From Ascidiella aspersa (Eukaryota), in contig OZ004613.1 of NCBI GenBank assembly GCA_963924565.1, positions 9,114,001 through 9,178,000 of the forward strand: 64,000 nucleotides of DNA, given 5' to 3'. The notes beneath the pieces are model-generated. The model was given only the letters and a program-made list of their open reading frames with translations. It ran no database searches and was not told the origin of the DNA. Positions 37,387-50,160 of this stretch are shown one piece after another. How positions within the stretch are numbered: the first letter of the stretch is position 1; the number at the start of each line of letters is the position of its first letter. The position numbers and the translations under genes are program-made.

Positions 37387-39159
37387 ATGTACAATCCAGA
37401 AATAACGACGTTTTAGGCCCTCGCTGTATGTGGTTTGGCTTGCCAGTTCTGGCCCCGACTCTTAAACAAACATGCAACGAGCGCCGCGAAAATCTTCGTC
37501 CTACTGTTTCATATTAGATTACTCATACCGCACGATCGCGCCTGTCTAGGCTGGCTACTTAGTCGTGCATAAACATTTCGAATGACCTTTTGATTTTTTA
37601 GTTACCATCTTAACAATAATATGATTAGGACATTTTGGCTTTGAATAGACAGCATCGCTTAACAATGGAACCATAACTTTTCCAAATGAATTTAAACTTG
37701 ACGAATTGAAATTACTTTAGCAAAGTTTTCAAACAAGCTAAGCCACATATTAAATGACAGCCGAAGAATTAAAAGCGGCCCAGAAATGAGTGGAGCCCAG
37801 CATCGACTTGTTATCGGGGCAAGCAACCGTTCGGGACTTTTGCGGGGTGTATTTAACCTGATCTACACGGCGTGCAAGGTAATGAACAACGCCCAAATTA
37901 TTGTCAACGCCTCAGTGCCCACAAACATGATTTCCAGACGGACTTCAATGCCGAAAGAACAGCAACAATAAAAGTTATGTAAACTAAAAAACGAAATGAT
38001 CAAAATCGTTAGTTGCAAAATAACAAGACGGTTCCTTATAAGTTTTCCCCGTTCCCGTTTAAACAAGAAAAGTCCGGTGCTTTTACAAATTGGACACATT
38101 TCGTCTTTTATGTTTTTATTTATATTTGCGGATGGAAACAATTGCCGGGTTCGTTTACTAGTTAAGACCACAATGGAGATTTATTGATGACCGGTAGTTC
38201 CTATATGCGAGATGTGGTATAGTTTAGGGTAGGAATTAGGAAATTTATCGATTGCGTTTGACTGTTGCAATTACATCACTAGTAGGTTTTGAGGTTCGGT
38301 CTTGCGCACGTAACCGGCTTCTACAACTATTAACGTTTAACCCATTGTTTGATCTTTGTTGCACTCTGTAGGCAATGAATTTGTTTTTTACCAACTCAAA
38401 CAACTTAAGCGGGTTGTCGCAAAATCACGGGTTGCGTTTACGCAAATGCGTTCCTAAGAAACGTAAAGTTAAATGCCTTACGGAAAAGTGGAACCATGAC
38501 TTTACGACAAAAACACACTGATTGTCCGCAAATTGACTCGCGGGCCAGTGGGCAGTGGGCTAAAAAAACACTGGGCTAAACAATGCATCAAGGACAATGG
38601 CGTGAAATGCAAGTGTGCTTTGACGGTTGCGGAATTTGAACCCCATAAAATAGCTTCCGTAAACAGTAACCGGATAGGAGACTGTTGACATGTTAAATAG
38701 TGTTTCCAGAGAAGGGGCGGATACATCAGGCTAAAAGGGCTTGCGAATCAGGCTTGCGAATTACGGAAAAATTGCGTCAACCAGATGATTCGCTCCTTGA
38801 CGAATATTGTAAAATTTAATGTATCTAGTGTGTTTTTTTACGATCGCGGATTTTGAACCTCATGAAACTGTTTACGCTAACAGTAATCGGAGAGACTGTT
38901 AAATAGTGTTAGCGCATCCAGGGCGGATCCAGGGGCAACGTGGCCATACTGTCCCCAAGCTGCATTCTTTGCCTATTTTACCTACGAAAATGAAATAATG
39001 TTTTGTTCTCCGCGTTTTCTGTTTCATACATTTCTTGGCACGTTTTGATAAAATCGTTTCAGTCCAAAGGTGCGCGAATCGATGTAGCATATGTATTGAA
39101 GGTCCTATAACGAACCTACAACGTAATAAACGTTAACAAAATAAACGAATGCCTGATGT

Positions 39160-39420
39160 AGTGGTTCTTAAACTTTCTGCCATGCCGCACCCCTTTCAAA
39201 TCATCAAACAATTCTCGCACCCTGTTTGTAGAATTGCTTAAACAACAAAACCATTGTAATTTTATTTCTATACAAGTAACTGACAACACTGCAACACGAA
39301 ACCAAAATGTGAGTCAGATTTACCTTAAATTACAGTAATACATTTCTGTGTATGATTCAGCATTCCCGCGCACCCTTGACACAGTTCTCGATACCCAGCA
39401 CCCGTGGTTAAGAAACCCTT
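39160..39420 (+). mobile_element. MITE
   Basis: agtggttcttaaac ... ggttaagaaaccct inverted ends with internal gcacccc motifs. Confidence 0.6.
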
Positions 39421-41241
39421 GTTCGAAAGTTACTTCGTTGTGACGTCTTCTCAGATTATTTTTTAAATTTTTTGGTCGCCAAAGCTTCACTGTTGTACTT
39501 AGGCTTAGTATTTGGGTCACCGAGTAAAAAGGTTTAGAAAGACTGGTGTAGCTAACCAGAAGAATAGCGTCACTTGCAATTCTTTCGTTGCGCTGCTAAA
39601 AACCTGGGTATTTCGCTACAAGAACGGTGAGTATCCGACAGTGGTGTGTAAATCACACCAAGGATTCCAAACAACGAATCATCTGCCGGCGTTGCCATGG
39701 TTAAGAGGTTGTACGGCCGCCCATGTGCCGTGTGCATTCCGCGAAAGTGTTGTGTGCCGCGTGCAGAGCGTATCGTACAACAAAGCGTTGTCGCAATCGT
39801 TTCTTGTGTGTCCAATGCAGAATGCGTCGTGTACGATTACAATATAGCCTCACTTATTGTTGAGTATATTTAAACGGAAAGAATGTGCGAGTCAGTAACA
39901 CAGCGCCTTTGCACTCGGCACTAGTCAGCAAAATTCGCGACCACAAAATCAGCACACACAAAACTTTTTCGTCCTGCACATGACGGGGGTCTTTAACCGG
40001 ATCCCCGTGGGGTGGTGTCCTGCCAGTGTTTTCTAACGATAAAGTACGAAAGCTCTTAACGTTTACAGGCGGTTACAAATCGGTTCTTGTCTGCGCATTG
40101 TTCGTCGAATGCCCAGGCAGACGCACAGTAGGATAACATTCAATAGGCTAAAATCGTCACACCGTGTGACAAAATAGCGCTCCCGGCTCGCTGTCGCTTT
40201 GTTAATGCCAGAATCGGAAATCATTCATTTGCCCGGTGCTGTAAGTCGTTGTGTGTCGGTCGGCTCGATTCGGATAACTGTGACGCATTTTCCGCAAGTT
40301 TTGCTGCGACACCTTAGCCTTATTGATCTTGTATAACTGTACTTTATAGAAAAAAAAAACGCTCTTCGACTTAATTTCGTGTACTGTACACGAAAGGTAT
40401 AACTTTGAAAGGGCGGCGCCCACACTTTGATGAATTACTATAATGTATTCAACCTTTCTGTTTACAATAAATCCTGTAGGGATTTTCCAGGCAACTGAGA
40501 GAAAACATGCAAAAATTATTGCAGACTAGAACGTTCGATAGACCAGAAAAACCGCCCAAAAAACAAAAAAAACAGCAATGATCTGGGCCGGAGTGGCTTG
40601 GTAACGTAACATGCCACGGCAAACAAGGAAATAAAAGCATAAGGTAATGCTCGAGGTGTAATTTGAGTCGTCATGTAAACCATTTGACGCGCGTAACTCT
40701 TCATCAAAGTAGAACCCCAAGGTGCCGATCCGCCATTTCGCATTGCACACATCTCGACACGCATTGAAGAACAATACGCGAGAACGTCATTAGAACGTCG
40801 GCACGGGCCGATTTCGTTTTAATTTGACAAGGCGCAAGAAGACGCTCATATCCTTGTCAAGGTTTCCTATAGATAGTTGGTGCCTTTTTTCGTTTTTTTT
40901 TCGGCTTGTTCGGTTTACTGCGAGGTGTTTTTCGTTAGTTGTACAGCGGCAGCCTCACGTGATAAATCTGTAGTCATACAATATAGGGAAAGGCAATTAC
41001 AGCCTTTTGTGCTTATCATGACATTGAAAAGAGGTGGAATGCTATATATATACTGCTCATTAAATATTCTGTTGCTACCAGGCATAGTATATTTAAAATA
41101 GGTTCTTCTGGCATATATTTCTTTAATCAACGTTTCGGCTTACTATCCGGCAAGCCTTCGTCAGGGACTAACACACAAAGCCAACAGGGCGCAAAGTAAA
41201 ATCACACAAAGAAAAAAGGAGATAAAAATGTGCGAGACGCG

Positions 41242-41349
41242 TTCAAAATACAAAGCGATAAAACAACGTTCAAAATAGAAAGCGATAAGACAACGTTCAA
41301 AATAGAAAGCGATAAAACAACGTTCAAAATAGAAAGCGATAAAACAACG
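41242..41349. repeat. 27-bp minisatellite, 4 copies (TTCAAAATAGAAAGCGATAAAACAACG)
   Basis: Directly visible; explains the repetitive ORF 41161-41352. Confidence 0.95.
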
Positions 41350-43979
41350 CACAATTTAGTGGTTATCTTTTAGCACCTGTCGGCACGGCGCTGGAAACAA
41401 ACCGTTTCTCTAATAAAGCAGGTTTTTCATAGGACATATCGAGTCCATTATTGGGAGAGAAAAAATGCTTTTATTCGAAACCCCAAAAAAGGGTTTACCC
41501 GGTCATTTGTTGTCACATACCTGAAAGCCGAGTTTTAAAATTTGGCCCGAATTGCAATCAATAGTTCGCAGGGTGTTTTCCTGTGCCAAGCTAAAACGCA
41601 TCTCAAAAGCGGTCATTTGATTTATAGCACTTCCAGTCTTATTAGTGTGTGTAAGATGATTTCTACGTATCACAGTATTTCAAAAACAAAAGCCGACTTA
41701 AAAAGTAGTCTTCATTAAAAATCGCCAGGGCGAAATAAATCGCCGAATTGGACCGGCCAGCGAAGTTTTAAGAGCCCTTTGCAAAAAGGCCCAAGTTGTT
41801 TTGTTATACACAGTAGTAGATTATAGCAACAAACACACGATGGCGTAAAATGTGATGACGCGCAGCTGAAGGGTATGGGCTAACTTGCGTGGGATGAGGT
41901 AATTAAACAACATACTACTTCGATCTTATAGTCGTGATTGTCGTGAACCTATTTGCAAAAATGCAGGAGTGCTGCGGCACACTGTGGCGCCTTGACATAT
42001 TTTAAATTCATTTAGTTCCAAGTTTTTACTGTTTTCTTAAGCTTTAGAGGCAATTTTGTGTACGATGATGGCGCAACAATCTCAAATGTTTTTCTCTCAT
42101 TGTGTAAAGCTGATGTGTGCAGTTTTAATTTTGTTTTTGGTGACGCATAACAGTTTTACCACTTAATACAAGTAAGGGTGCCGCGAACTACTTGTATTTT
42201 ATGTAGAGTGCCGAAAGCCAAATATGGTTGTGAACCACTGATATAGTACCTGGAAAAAGCGGTTTGCCGGGCGGAAGCAGTAGGGTTCAAAAGTCACTCC
42301 TTTTTTAAAGTTTAGGTCTATTTTAATCCTCTGCGTTTATAGGGCCATTAAGTTTGCCAATTAAGGGGTCATACCGCCAGCCGTTACCAATAAAACGCCA
42401 TTAATGCTTCCACTTAAGTTGATGTTCTAGCCAGTCGTGTCTCAAGTCAGCGTAAGAAATGTTTAAACTATAAACAGATGCCGAAACATTGCGCCTGGGT
42501 AGAAAACATCGATTACCTATTAACACGAATGACGTTTATTCGGCTTTAGTTTGCGCTCAACAACGTAATCAAATAGATGCGGTGCAAATTCGAGGGTGAT
42601 AAACCTTACCGTAAACATTGTGAATGTGCGGCATGTGATTTTAGGAAAACACACTAAGAATGATAAGTGGCATATTCTCTAGATTTTAAGCGTAATAAAA
42701 ATTATTATTTAAGTACGAACAAGCTCATAAGGCATGTAATTCGCCTATTTCATATTGGGGTGGAACTAACACCTGAAAAGCAAGAAATATTGTAGCAGAT
42801 CGAATGGTAAAGAAAGACAAATTGCTTAAACCGGTATAGGTAAAGCTACACTTTTACAGCTTGTGGTACTATTTGCGGTTTCATGATTTAATGTATAGGC
42901 ATGATCATTTGGTTGAAGGCATAAGGCTATATCTAGATTGATAGATTGCATCACAGTAACTCGATCTAATATATGTACTTAATTTCGCAGGCCTTAGCAA
43001 ATGTAATACGAACAGTTGGCAACGGAACATGCATCAAACATCACTGAACAACAAATGTATTGAGACGTTAAACACAGCGAAAATAACAACGATCGAAGCA
43101 ACCAATCGCCAATATATAGCTATTCGGTTCAAACCATTCTTAAAAAGTGAACAGTTTTAAGCTCTATTTTTACTAGAAGTCGGCGCGAACCCATTCTTTT
43201 ATGAAGAATTTTACGATAAGTTATTGATCGTGATCCATAGTATCAAAGGTATTCCCAATTTCCACAAATGTAAACTATCTAGATTAAAGCGACCACTGTT
43301 GTCAAATACAGACGGTACAGCCGAAAAGGCCAGTGATCCAAGTTCAGAAAAGTCCTTCTTACAACATGCCTAACGCCTATTACCCCATTACTGCGAAATC
43401 CTTTTCGCTATTTCGGCCGCCGCAACACAATATTATTTAATTGCAGTTGTGCTGCCAAGAGAGTGACTCATTGCCGCTTAGGTTATGCAACGTCGCTTCT
43501 AAGTCTATATTGCAAGAGTAAAATCAACAACAAGACAAGCCCAAGAAAATTCGTAGCCTATATAATTTTATAGTCTATAGTCGCAATATTTTTTTTTAAG
43601 TAAAGATCGCAAACGCTTAAAATGATGTTAAAGAAAACGAGTTAAAAAAGCGCCAAATGGAACGAGTGCTGTTGGCTTGGGCAAATTAATCACTAACCGG
43701 CAACATGCCCAAATCAGTTCAGTAGGAGTTCCAGTGCGAAGGGGCGACTAACCTCTGGTGGAGAATCCTTTTATTTAACAAGAAAAGGCCCGGAAGCAAT
43801 CAGAATTTGTTTACAGTTGCGTAGGATGGCGACATTCTAACACAAAAGCATTGGGATAGACGCGCCTTGTTAATTAAATTAACCTTAGCCGCCCATCAAA
43901 ATATACTTGTAAATAAAAACCTGCAGTGAGGAAAAATACGCAAAATCTCGCAAACTTAGCGATAGGGAGATTCAACTGT

Positions 43980-44130
43980 TTTGGAATGCCCAACAGAATG
44001 TCTAGATTAAAAATACGTCTAAAGTGGGCTTTGGAATGCCCTGCAAAATGTATAGATTGAATATACGTCCATCGGGGGCTTTGGAATGCCCAACAAAATG
44101 CATAGATTAAAAATACGTCTAAAGGGGACT
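43980..44130. repeat. 50-bp minisatellite, 3 copies
   Basis: ttggaatgccc...tagatt.aa.atacgtc recurs at 43981, 44031 and 44081. Confidence 0.93.
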
Positions 44131-44699
44131 AAGGTACCCCCATTCTATCTCCCCTTCCATAGATTTAAAGCAAACAGAGCAATTCAAATAAGGGCAGGAT
44201 TTGGAATGATTAATTAGTCGCAGCCTGGTTGACAAGGGTTTTCCTGCAATCCAAACTGGCCTGTTTATTACGCTGAATTATCTTTTGCTTTGAGCTCTAC
44301 GAGCCTTACACTTTATACTTTTGCATTGAGTTCTACGTGCAAAAAACGCTTCGCTATTGCTTATTTTTTAAGCCAATCAAAGTGGAAAAAATCATTGTGT
44401 TAAAATGGACCTTAAAGCGCCTTCCACGATTTAATGAAGCATTAAGAATCAATCCGTTTTTGCATTTAACGCATTTTACTCTTAACTTAACGTGCTTTGT
44501 TGGACTCTCACGTTATATTTTTTGTTATTGCATTGAAATTGTTTTTACATTGTTAAGGTTAAGTATTGGCCTCCAGTGAGTATATTTCTTGGGAAGCGTG
44601 ACAACGCAATTTTCTTTTGCGCGAATTTTGCGCAACAGGAGCATAAATCAACAACAAAATGGCGGTATTATTGCCGCCGTGTCTTTTGCCGCAGTCCAA

Positions 44700-44925
44700 A
44701 GATTACGTGACGCCGGTTACGCGCGAAACCTGACAACCAACATGCGTCATACCCCTTTTTCCCCAAGCGCGCGAAGCTGATTGTTTGGACCGGCGTTGTC
44801 GGCATTTGGGCGCGCCTGCATTCGCGAAATGACGAGTAGTTAGCCCGACAGCACTGCACATCCCGTTGTGTAGAGATGTTTATGAAGTCGAAGAAAAAAT
44901 TTGAGGTAAGATTGCTTGGGCTGAA
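44700..44925 (+). promoter_or_regulatory. Promoter-like module A with first exon and splice donor (GT at 44906)
   Basis: tacgtgac..cgcgcgaaa, cgtcata.ccttttt, cggcattt, cagcactgca and aaatttgag|gtaagattgct, shared with modules B, C and D. Confidence 0.55.
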
Positions 44926-46318
44926 CGATTTTTAAAATAAAGTTTCTCGCCTAATCATAATGAGTGAATTCGCCGACAGCCGTAAAACGAATTGTAAAAA
45001 GGGAACAGAAATTACTCAAACAGTTAGCTTAAGGCCACATTTTTCTCTTTTTTCGACTTGTAGCAATTCGAATTGAGAAAATTTGTAGCAGTGCGAATTG
45101 AGAAAATACTTTAAGCGTTTGGTGTAATTGAGTGCTAGGTATTCTGAACTGAAATAAATTTACTGGAACAAATCGATTCTAGACACATTCAGGTTGATTT
45201 CAGTGCAACCTCTACGAGGCATGTAGTTTTCTCAGAGGCAATATTTCGTTATTTCTCGTAATGCACCGGCATTTATACCTCTATACACTTTTTACCACGC
45301 CAAATCTGCGTTTCGTCCAGCCAAGTTTTGCAGAGTGCTTCTATCTTTGGCCAGTTGAGAAATGTTAGAACTAAGTGCCAATGTTTAGTAGCTGCAAATT
45401 ACAAATCGTGCTAATGACTGTGTCTCGATATATAATGCAAAGTAATTAAATGATTACAGCTATCTTTTTAATTGAAAAGATTTTTTTTTTTTCAATTGTA
45501 ATTTAATGAAAGGGCGTATTTTTATGGAATCCAAACCATTGGCACAGGTTTCTGCTTGTCGATCACTGTTCCGCTGACGCGTATATTAACAAATAAAACT
45601 GAAAGTGTAATTCAATGACTGTCGCCAAATCTTTAATTACAATATAGGTTAAACTGTGAATTCTGAGTTGCGGAATATTACTACGAGCCACTATATTGCT
45701 TTCATCAATGCAATGTAAAGAGTCCTAGAGGCGGCTTATTGCCACGTGGCAGGCTTGCCTTGACTAGCCTGTTTGCTGGGTTGGAAAACAACCTCCGCTC
45801 TGTGTGTCGTGTTTACGATGGCACTGCGGCTAAGGCTGTTTAGGGGGCCATTTAGCAGTTATACACTGTATAACTCACTCAAAGATGGTTCAAAGGCCTA
45901 AACAATTTGAACGATTTTTCTCAGGCCGCATCCTAGCATTGCGCAACTATTGTGTCTTGTATACGATTCGTTTACAGCAGTCGAAAGTGAGATTGCGCCG
46001 ATTTAAGAGTAAATGGAACCTATACGTTCGAAGAAGTGCATACTAGGAATATTTAATTGCTAACGAAAGCAAGTTTAAATTTGAAGATAAAGCAAAAAAA
46101 TGTTATTGGACGGCGGCCGCATTAAAAGTTAGCGCGGGCCTGCTGCATTCTGTCTGCCAATCCATCTCCCCAGCTGTTTTCCTGGTGATTGTTTTTGCGT
46201 GCCGCATGACGCAGCAGAAAAAAATCAGCTGGCGTCGCAGCGAATGTTTTGGCGGTGGTTGCTCGGATCGAGTATTTTCTAATCCCGTTCGAAAGATTTC
46301 ACATCCCAATATCTAGAG

Positions 46319-46908
46319 CAGTGGTGGGCAATTGTTTTAAAAGCGGGCCAAATAAAAAACTATGTCCTGGAGTGTCGTGTAAAAAAGGGGATCTCCAATA
46401 CACGTAATACAACGAGTAATTTATTTTAAGAATTTTTAAATATCGTTGTCTTGGCAAGCTGGTAAGAGTAGGAACAGGTGTGGATGTCTTCAAGAGTAAT
46501 CTATTCAATAAAATATTCTGAAAATGCTGAGCCTTATTTTTGCCTAAGAAGTTTCAGAGCCGTGATCCGGATTATATTGCTTGGCGGACCAGATCCAGCT
46601 CGCGGGCCTTAGTTTGCCCAGGTTTGATCGAGATTCTAGACCAGGGGGTGGGCAACATGTTTTTGACAATGGGCCACGTCCAGAGAAAGGGGATTTGAAA
46701 TGCACACAACTTAGAGTGTGAATCCAAAGATATAGCTATAAACTTTTTAGTTTTGACAAGATGGTAAGAGCAGAAACAAGTGAGGATACTTTGCATGTAA
46801 AATTCATTCAATAAAATATTTCAAAATTAAAAAAATAACCTAAAGGCATGTTTCTATTAATAGAGTTCTATAAAAAGTAAGCCGCGGGCCATAGTTTGCC
46901 CAAGCCTG
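46319..46908 (+). mobile_element. Two adjacent related hAT/Charlie-like MITEs (46319-46626 and 46642-46908); both duplicated at about 53775-54362
   Basis: TIRs CAG.GG(G)TGGGCAA ... TTGCCCA.G..TG; 8-bp TSD ttctagac/gtctagac for the second; internal similarity between the two. Confidence 0.85.
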
Positions 46909-47724
46909 GTCTAGACCTTCGCCAAAATAATTAATAGTTTAGGCTTTAAGGATAGTGTAAGGGTTATTACTACCATACATTCATGTTGCAATCGCTAACT
47001 AATTTTTCTAATGTTATTTCTAAAAGCAGCACGGTTAAAGCACGCTATCGGCGCCTTACACTTTATAGGTTAAGCCTAAACAATAGCTCGCCTTTCGCGA
47101 TGTTTCTAGAGGAAGTACACAGTCTGGTCTGCCTTTTCACAGCTACATTGTGCAGAACTAACAATTAAAAAATTTTTTTGAATAGTGTAGTAAATTGGTT
47201 TTGTTGTCAACACTTCAGGGCGAACTTAATTTAATCCTTTGGCGAAATAAAGATTAACAAACTCCGCAGGGAAAAGGCGTGTAATCTGGTGAACATCCTT
47301 CGGTCAACTCTACCCAAAACTTTTAATATGTGTGCGTAATAATTCAAGCAAACACTCAATAAAACAGATTGCCGCTTCCGCACACTCGGCGGCAAATAGT
47401 TTTCTAAATTTCACTTCATCTTGATGACAGACAGTGGTACGCGGTAAAGCCATACTTGCCCTGGTTTTGCAAATAAACTCACCGTGTGTCAACAATGCTC
47501 GAAATATAGCGGCTCCATAAGTCAAACCAAAAAAAGCGGTTGGGTGTAAGTGATTTGGTTTAAAAAAAAATCCAAAGAGGTTAAAAAAAACGCCTAAATT
47601 TTAAAAGTTGGCTTTAAAAAATCCTAACTGGCAACCCTGTATTCGCTTGCGTTTGTTATGTTGTTTTTTTTCTCTGAACTCCACGTGTTCCGTCAGCTTT
47701 TTACCGTTGAATGGATTTAAAAAA

Positions 47725-48040
47725 GGCTACGTGATCCAAGATAGGAGCGAAAGTCACAAACGAGAGAACAGCGGCCGGTGTACGACTGTACAGTGTACGG
47801 ACAAGTGCCCTTTTTCCCAGAACGCAGGAAACGTGGGTGCAGGCAGCAAAAGCCGGGCAGTTTGTAGCGCGCGCGTTAGCGGTAGGGTCTGTCGATATAC
47901 AACCGTGCTGACTGCTGGATGACGGACTTGGGCGCAAAAGACGTGGATCGTAAGGGCGCTTACAGACGTGCAACCAGTTGCGTACTGAGGGTAAAGCAGA
48001 CGCAGAAAAATTAAGGTAACGTTGCTAAACTTAAAGTTTT
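47725..48040 (+). promoter_or_regulatory. Promoter-like module B with splice donor (GT at 48016)
   Basis: tacgtga, ccctttttc, cgcgttagcg and cgcagaaaaattaag|gtaacgttgct. Confidence 0.5.
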
Positions 48041-49929
48041 AGGATATAGAGTTTCAGAAATCCTGCACCAGTCGTTTACAGTGTTGGAACAAGGGAAGGT
48101 CAAACGCGCAAACAAACTGAAAAATCTAACCATTTTTTTTCTTAAAACGAACTGTATCAGTGCGAATAAGTAAAACACGATTTAAAGTACGTTGACTTAT
48201 AAATATCGACAGTGTCCGGCTGAGCAATATAAATTGAAAAGAAATTGCTTTTACTTTAAGTAATAGGGTTGAGTCTGATTTGTTTTATGTAATATAAAGC
48301 AATTAGAATTTAGATGAAAGCTCGCTATCAGTACCTACTTAATTGGTTGCGACACACAAGGTTACATTTTGATGAATTGTTTTTTTAAAGAGCATCGGGG
48401 TTGGGGGGGGGGGGTTCTTGTTCAAAAGCTGAAATCTTACAACTAAGAAATAATAACTTAAAGAAAAGCTGCTTTGTTGTTATAACTTTGGAGAAAATAA
48501 AGCGCAGTAGAATCCGGTAGGAAAAGGCGTGTTATCTCGTAAATACCACTTAACGTAACCCAACACCCTTAATATGTGTGCACAGTAATCCACACAATCC
48601 CTCAATAAATACGCCTCCGTCCGTTGGCTTGTTCGCAGCAAACAGGTTAATATGTTTTACGTCTGCTTTTATCAATAAAAATGGATTGGTTTTTCTCTGT
48701 AAGGTAATCAACGACGACCAAAATCGATAGTGTACAAGTTTACTGCACTGTAAAGTTAGTGCATTAAACCTACAGCTTTTTTGTACAATTGAAAATGCAC
48801 CTGCATGCTCGATATGCTATTTGCGAAAACTTGATTAAGCAACCAGAATAAACAATTATTGCAAGTGTCTCGTAGTTAAACAAGCTCTTACGAAAATAGG
48901 CAGATGTGCTGAGAAATAAATTTCATTTAGTTTAGTTAAAAAAATAAACTGACAAAAACGAATAGACTTTACAGCTTATAAAGTTTGTCAGTAAACCGTT
49001 TTTTGTTTTTGTTTAAATCTCCTACAGAATTTGCTAAACGATGTTTTCCATACTCTGGACACATCTTATTGGTGGCATTACACGTATTTTTCTAAAAATA
49101 AAGAGAGGTAATTGGTGTATCTGTATCACATTACAGACATGCGTAATAATTCTCCTTTTATAATCTAGTAAAGATTAAAAACTGCGCGCGTCTAAAAGTA
49201 ACGCACACACGCTGCACGTGTCTAACGGTACCGACCGGAAATCGCAAAAATCCTTTTATGGGGATGAAATGCCGATCGCCGCTAATTGATTAACTGTTTT
49301 GTCGCCAGTTATGGGACCAAACTTCGATCAATGTCGAGAACAGTTTAAACATCATCCGACCGGATAATAAGCGAAGCATGGAAGACAGAAAACTGGAATT
49401 GGAATCTGAATCCTCTAACAAGAAAAGCGAGAGGTATGAAATGGATTATATCCTAAAGCATAAGCCTCTCGTAAAACTGAAGGGCTTTAATCGTCTAGTG
49501 TGCGAAGCAAATTAAAGACTCAATTTCGTATTATAGCTACGTTTCGTTTAAACATTTCTTCAGGTACAGACGTTACAGTGATGAAAACATCTAAAGGGGA
49601 CAAAATACCCCCAAACCTCCTTCTTTTTGATTCCGAAACCAAACAGCCCTTATTTTGCGGGAAATTTGCTTTTGCTGAAAGTAGGCTCACCTGTTCAAAC
49701 CGCTAAATCATTATATTCTTTTAGTGAGTAAACCGCAACTTTATTCTTATTTTTTGAAAGGAATGCAAAGTAAAACAAGCTTTTTGTTTAATTGGAATCG
49801 TCAAGCAAAATTACTAAACCAAGCGGTGGTCTTAATCAATTTACTTGTTTAATTGTATTTTCTGGTATTTTACTCATGACTTCATTTTCTCGTTAGGTCT
49901 CTAACGTTTGTTTGCATTCGCTTAAGAAG

Positions 49930-50160
49930 TGATTGAGTAACGCGCATAATGTCAAAAGATAACAGCTAGAACTTCCTTTTTACGACAGCGCGCGAGGCTA
50001 GCGCTGCGTCGGCGGCATTTCGTCGTGGCTGCGTTATTTATAGAACCGTCTGGATTATTATATAGCCGAACGCCGTTTACTAGTTCAAACAGCACAGCTG
50101 AAAAGCTAGTCGAAGTGAAATTAAGGTAAAATTGCTGAAGAGTTTTTTGGCGAGCATAAA
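49930..50160 (+). promoter_or_regulatory. Promoter-like module D with splice donor (GT at 50126); copy D' at about 56262-56490 has GC at 56458
   Basis: agtaacgcgc, ccttttt, cggcatttcgtc, TATA-like tracts and gaaattaag|gtaaaattgct. Confidence 0.5.

Noticed and set aside
40516-40774. ORF containing LGFYF as a candidate BIR1 segment
   Set aside because: Lacks the surrounding BIR residues and a compatible donor.
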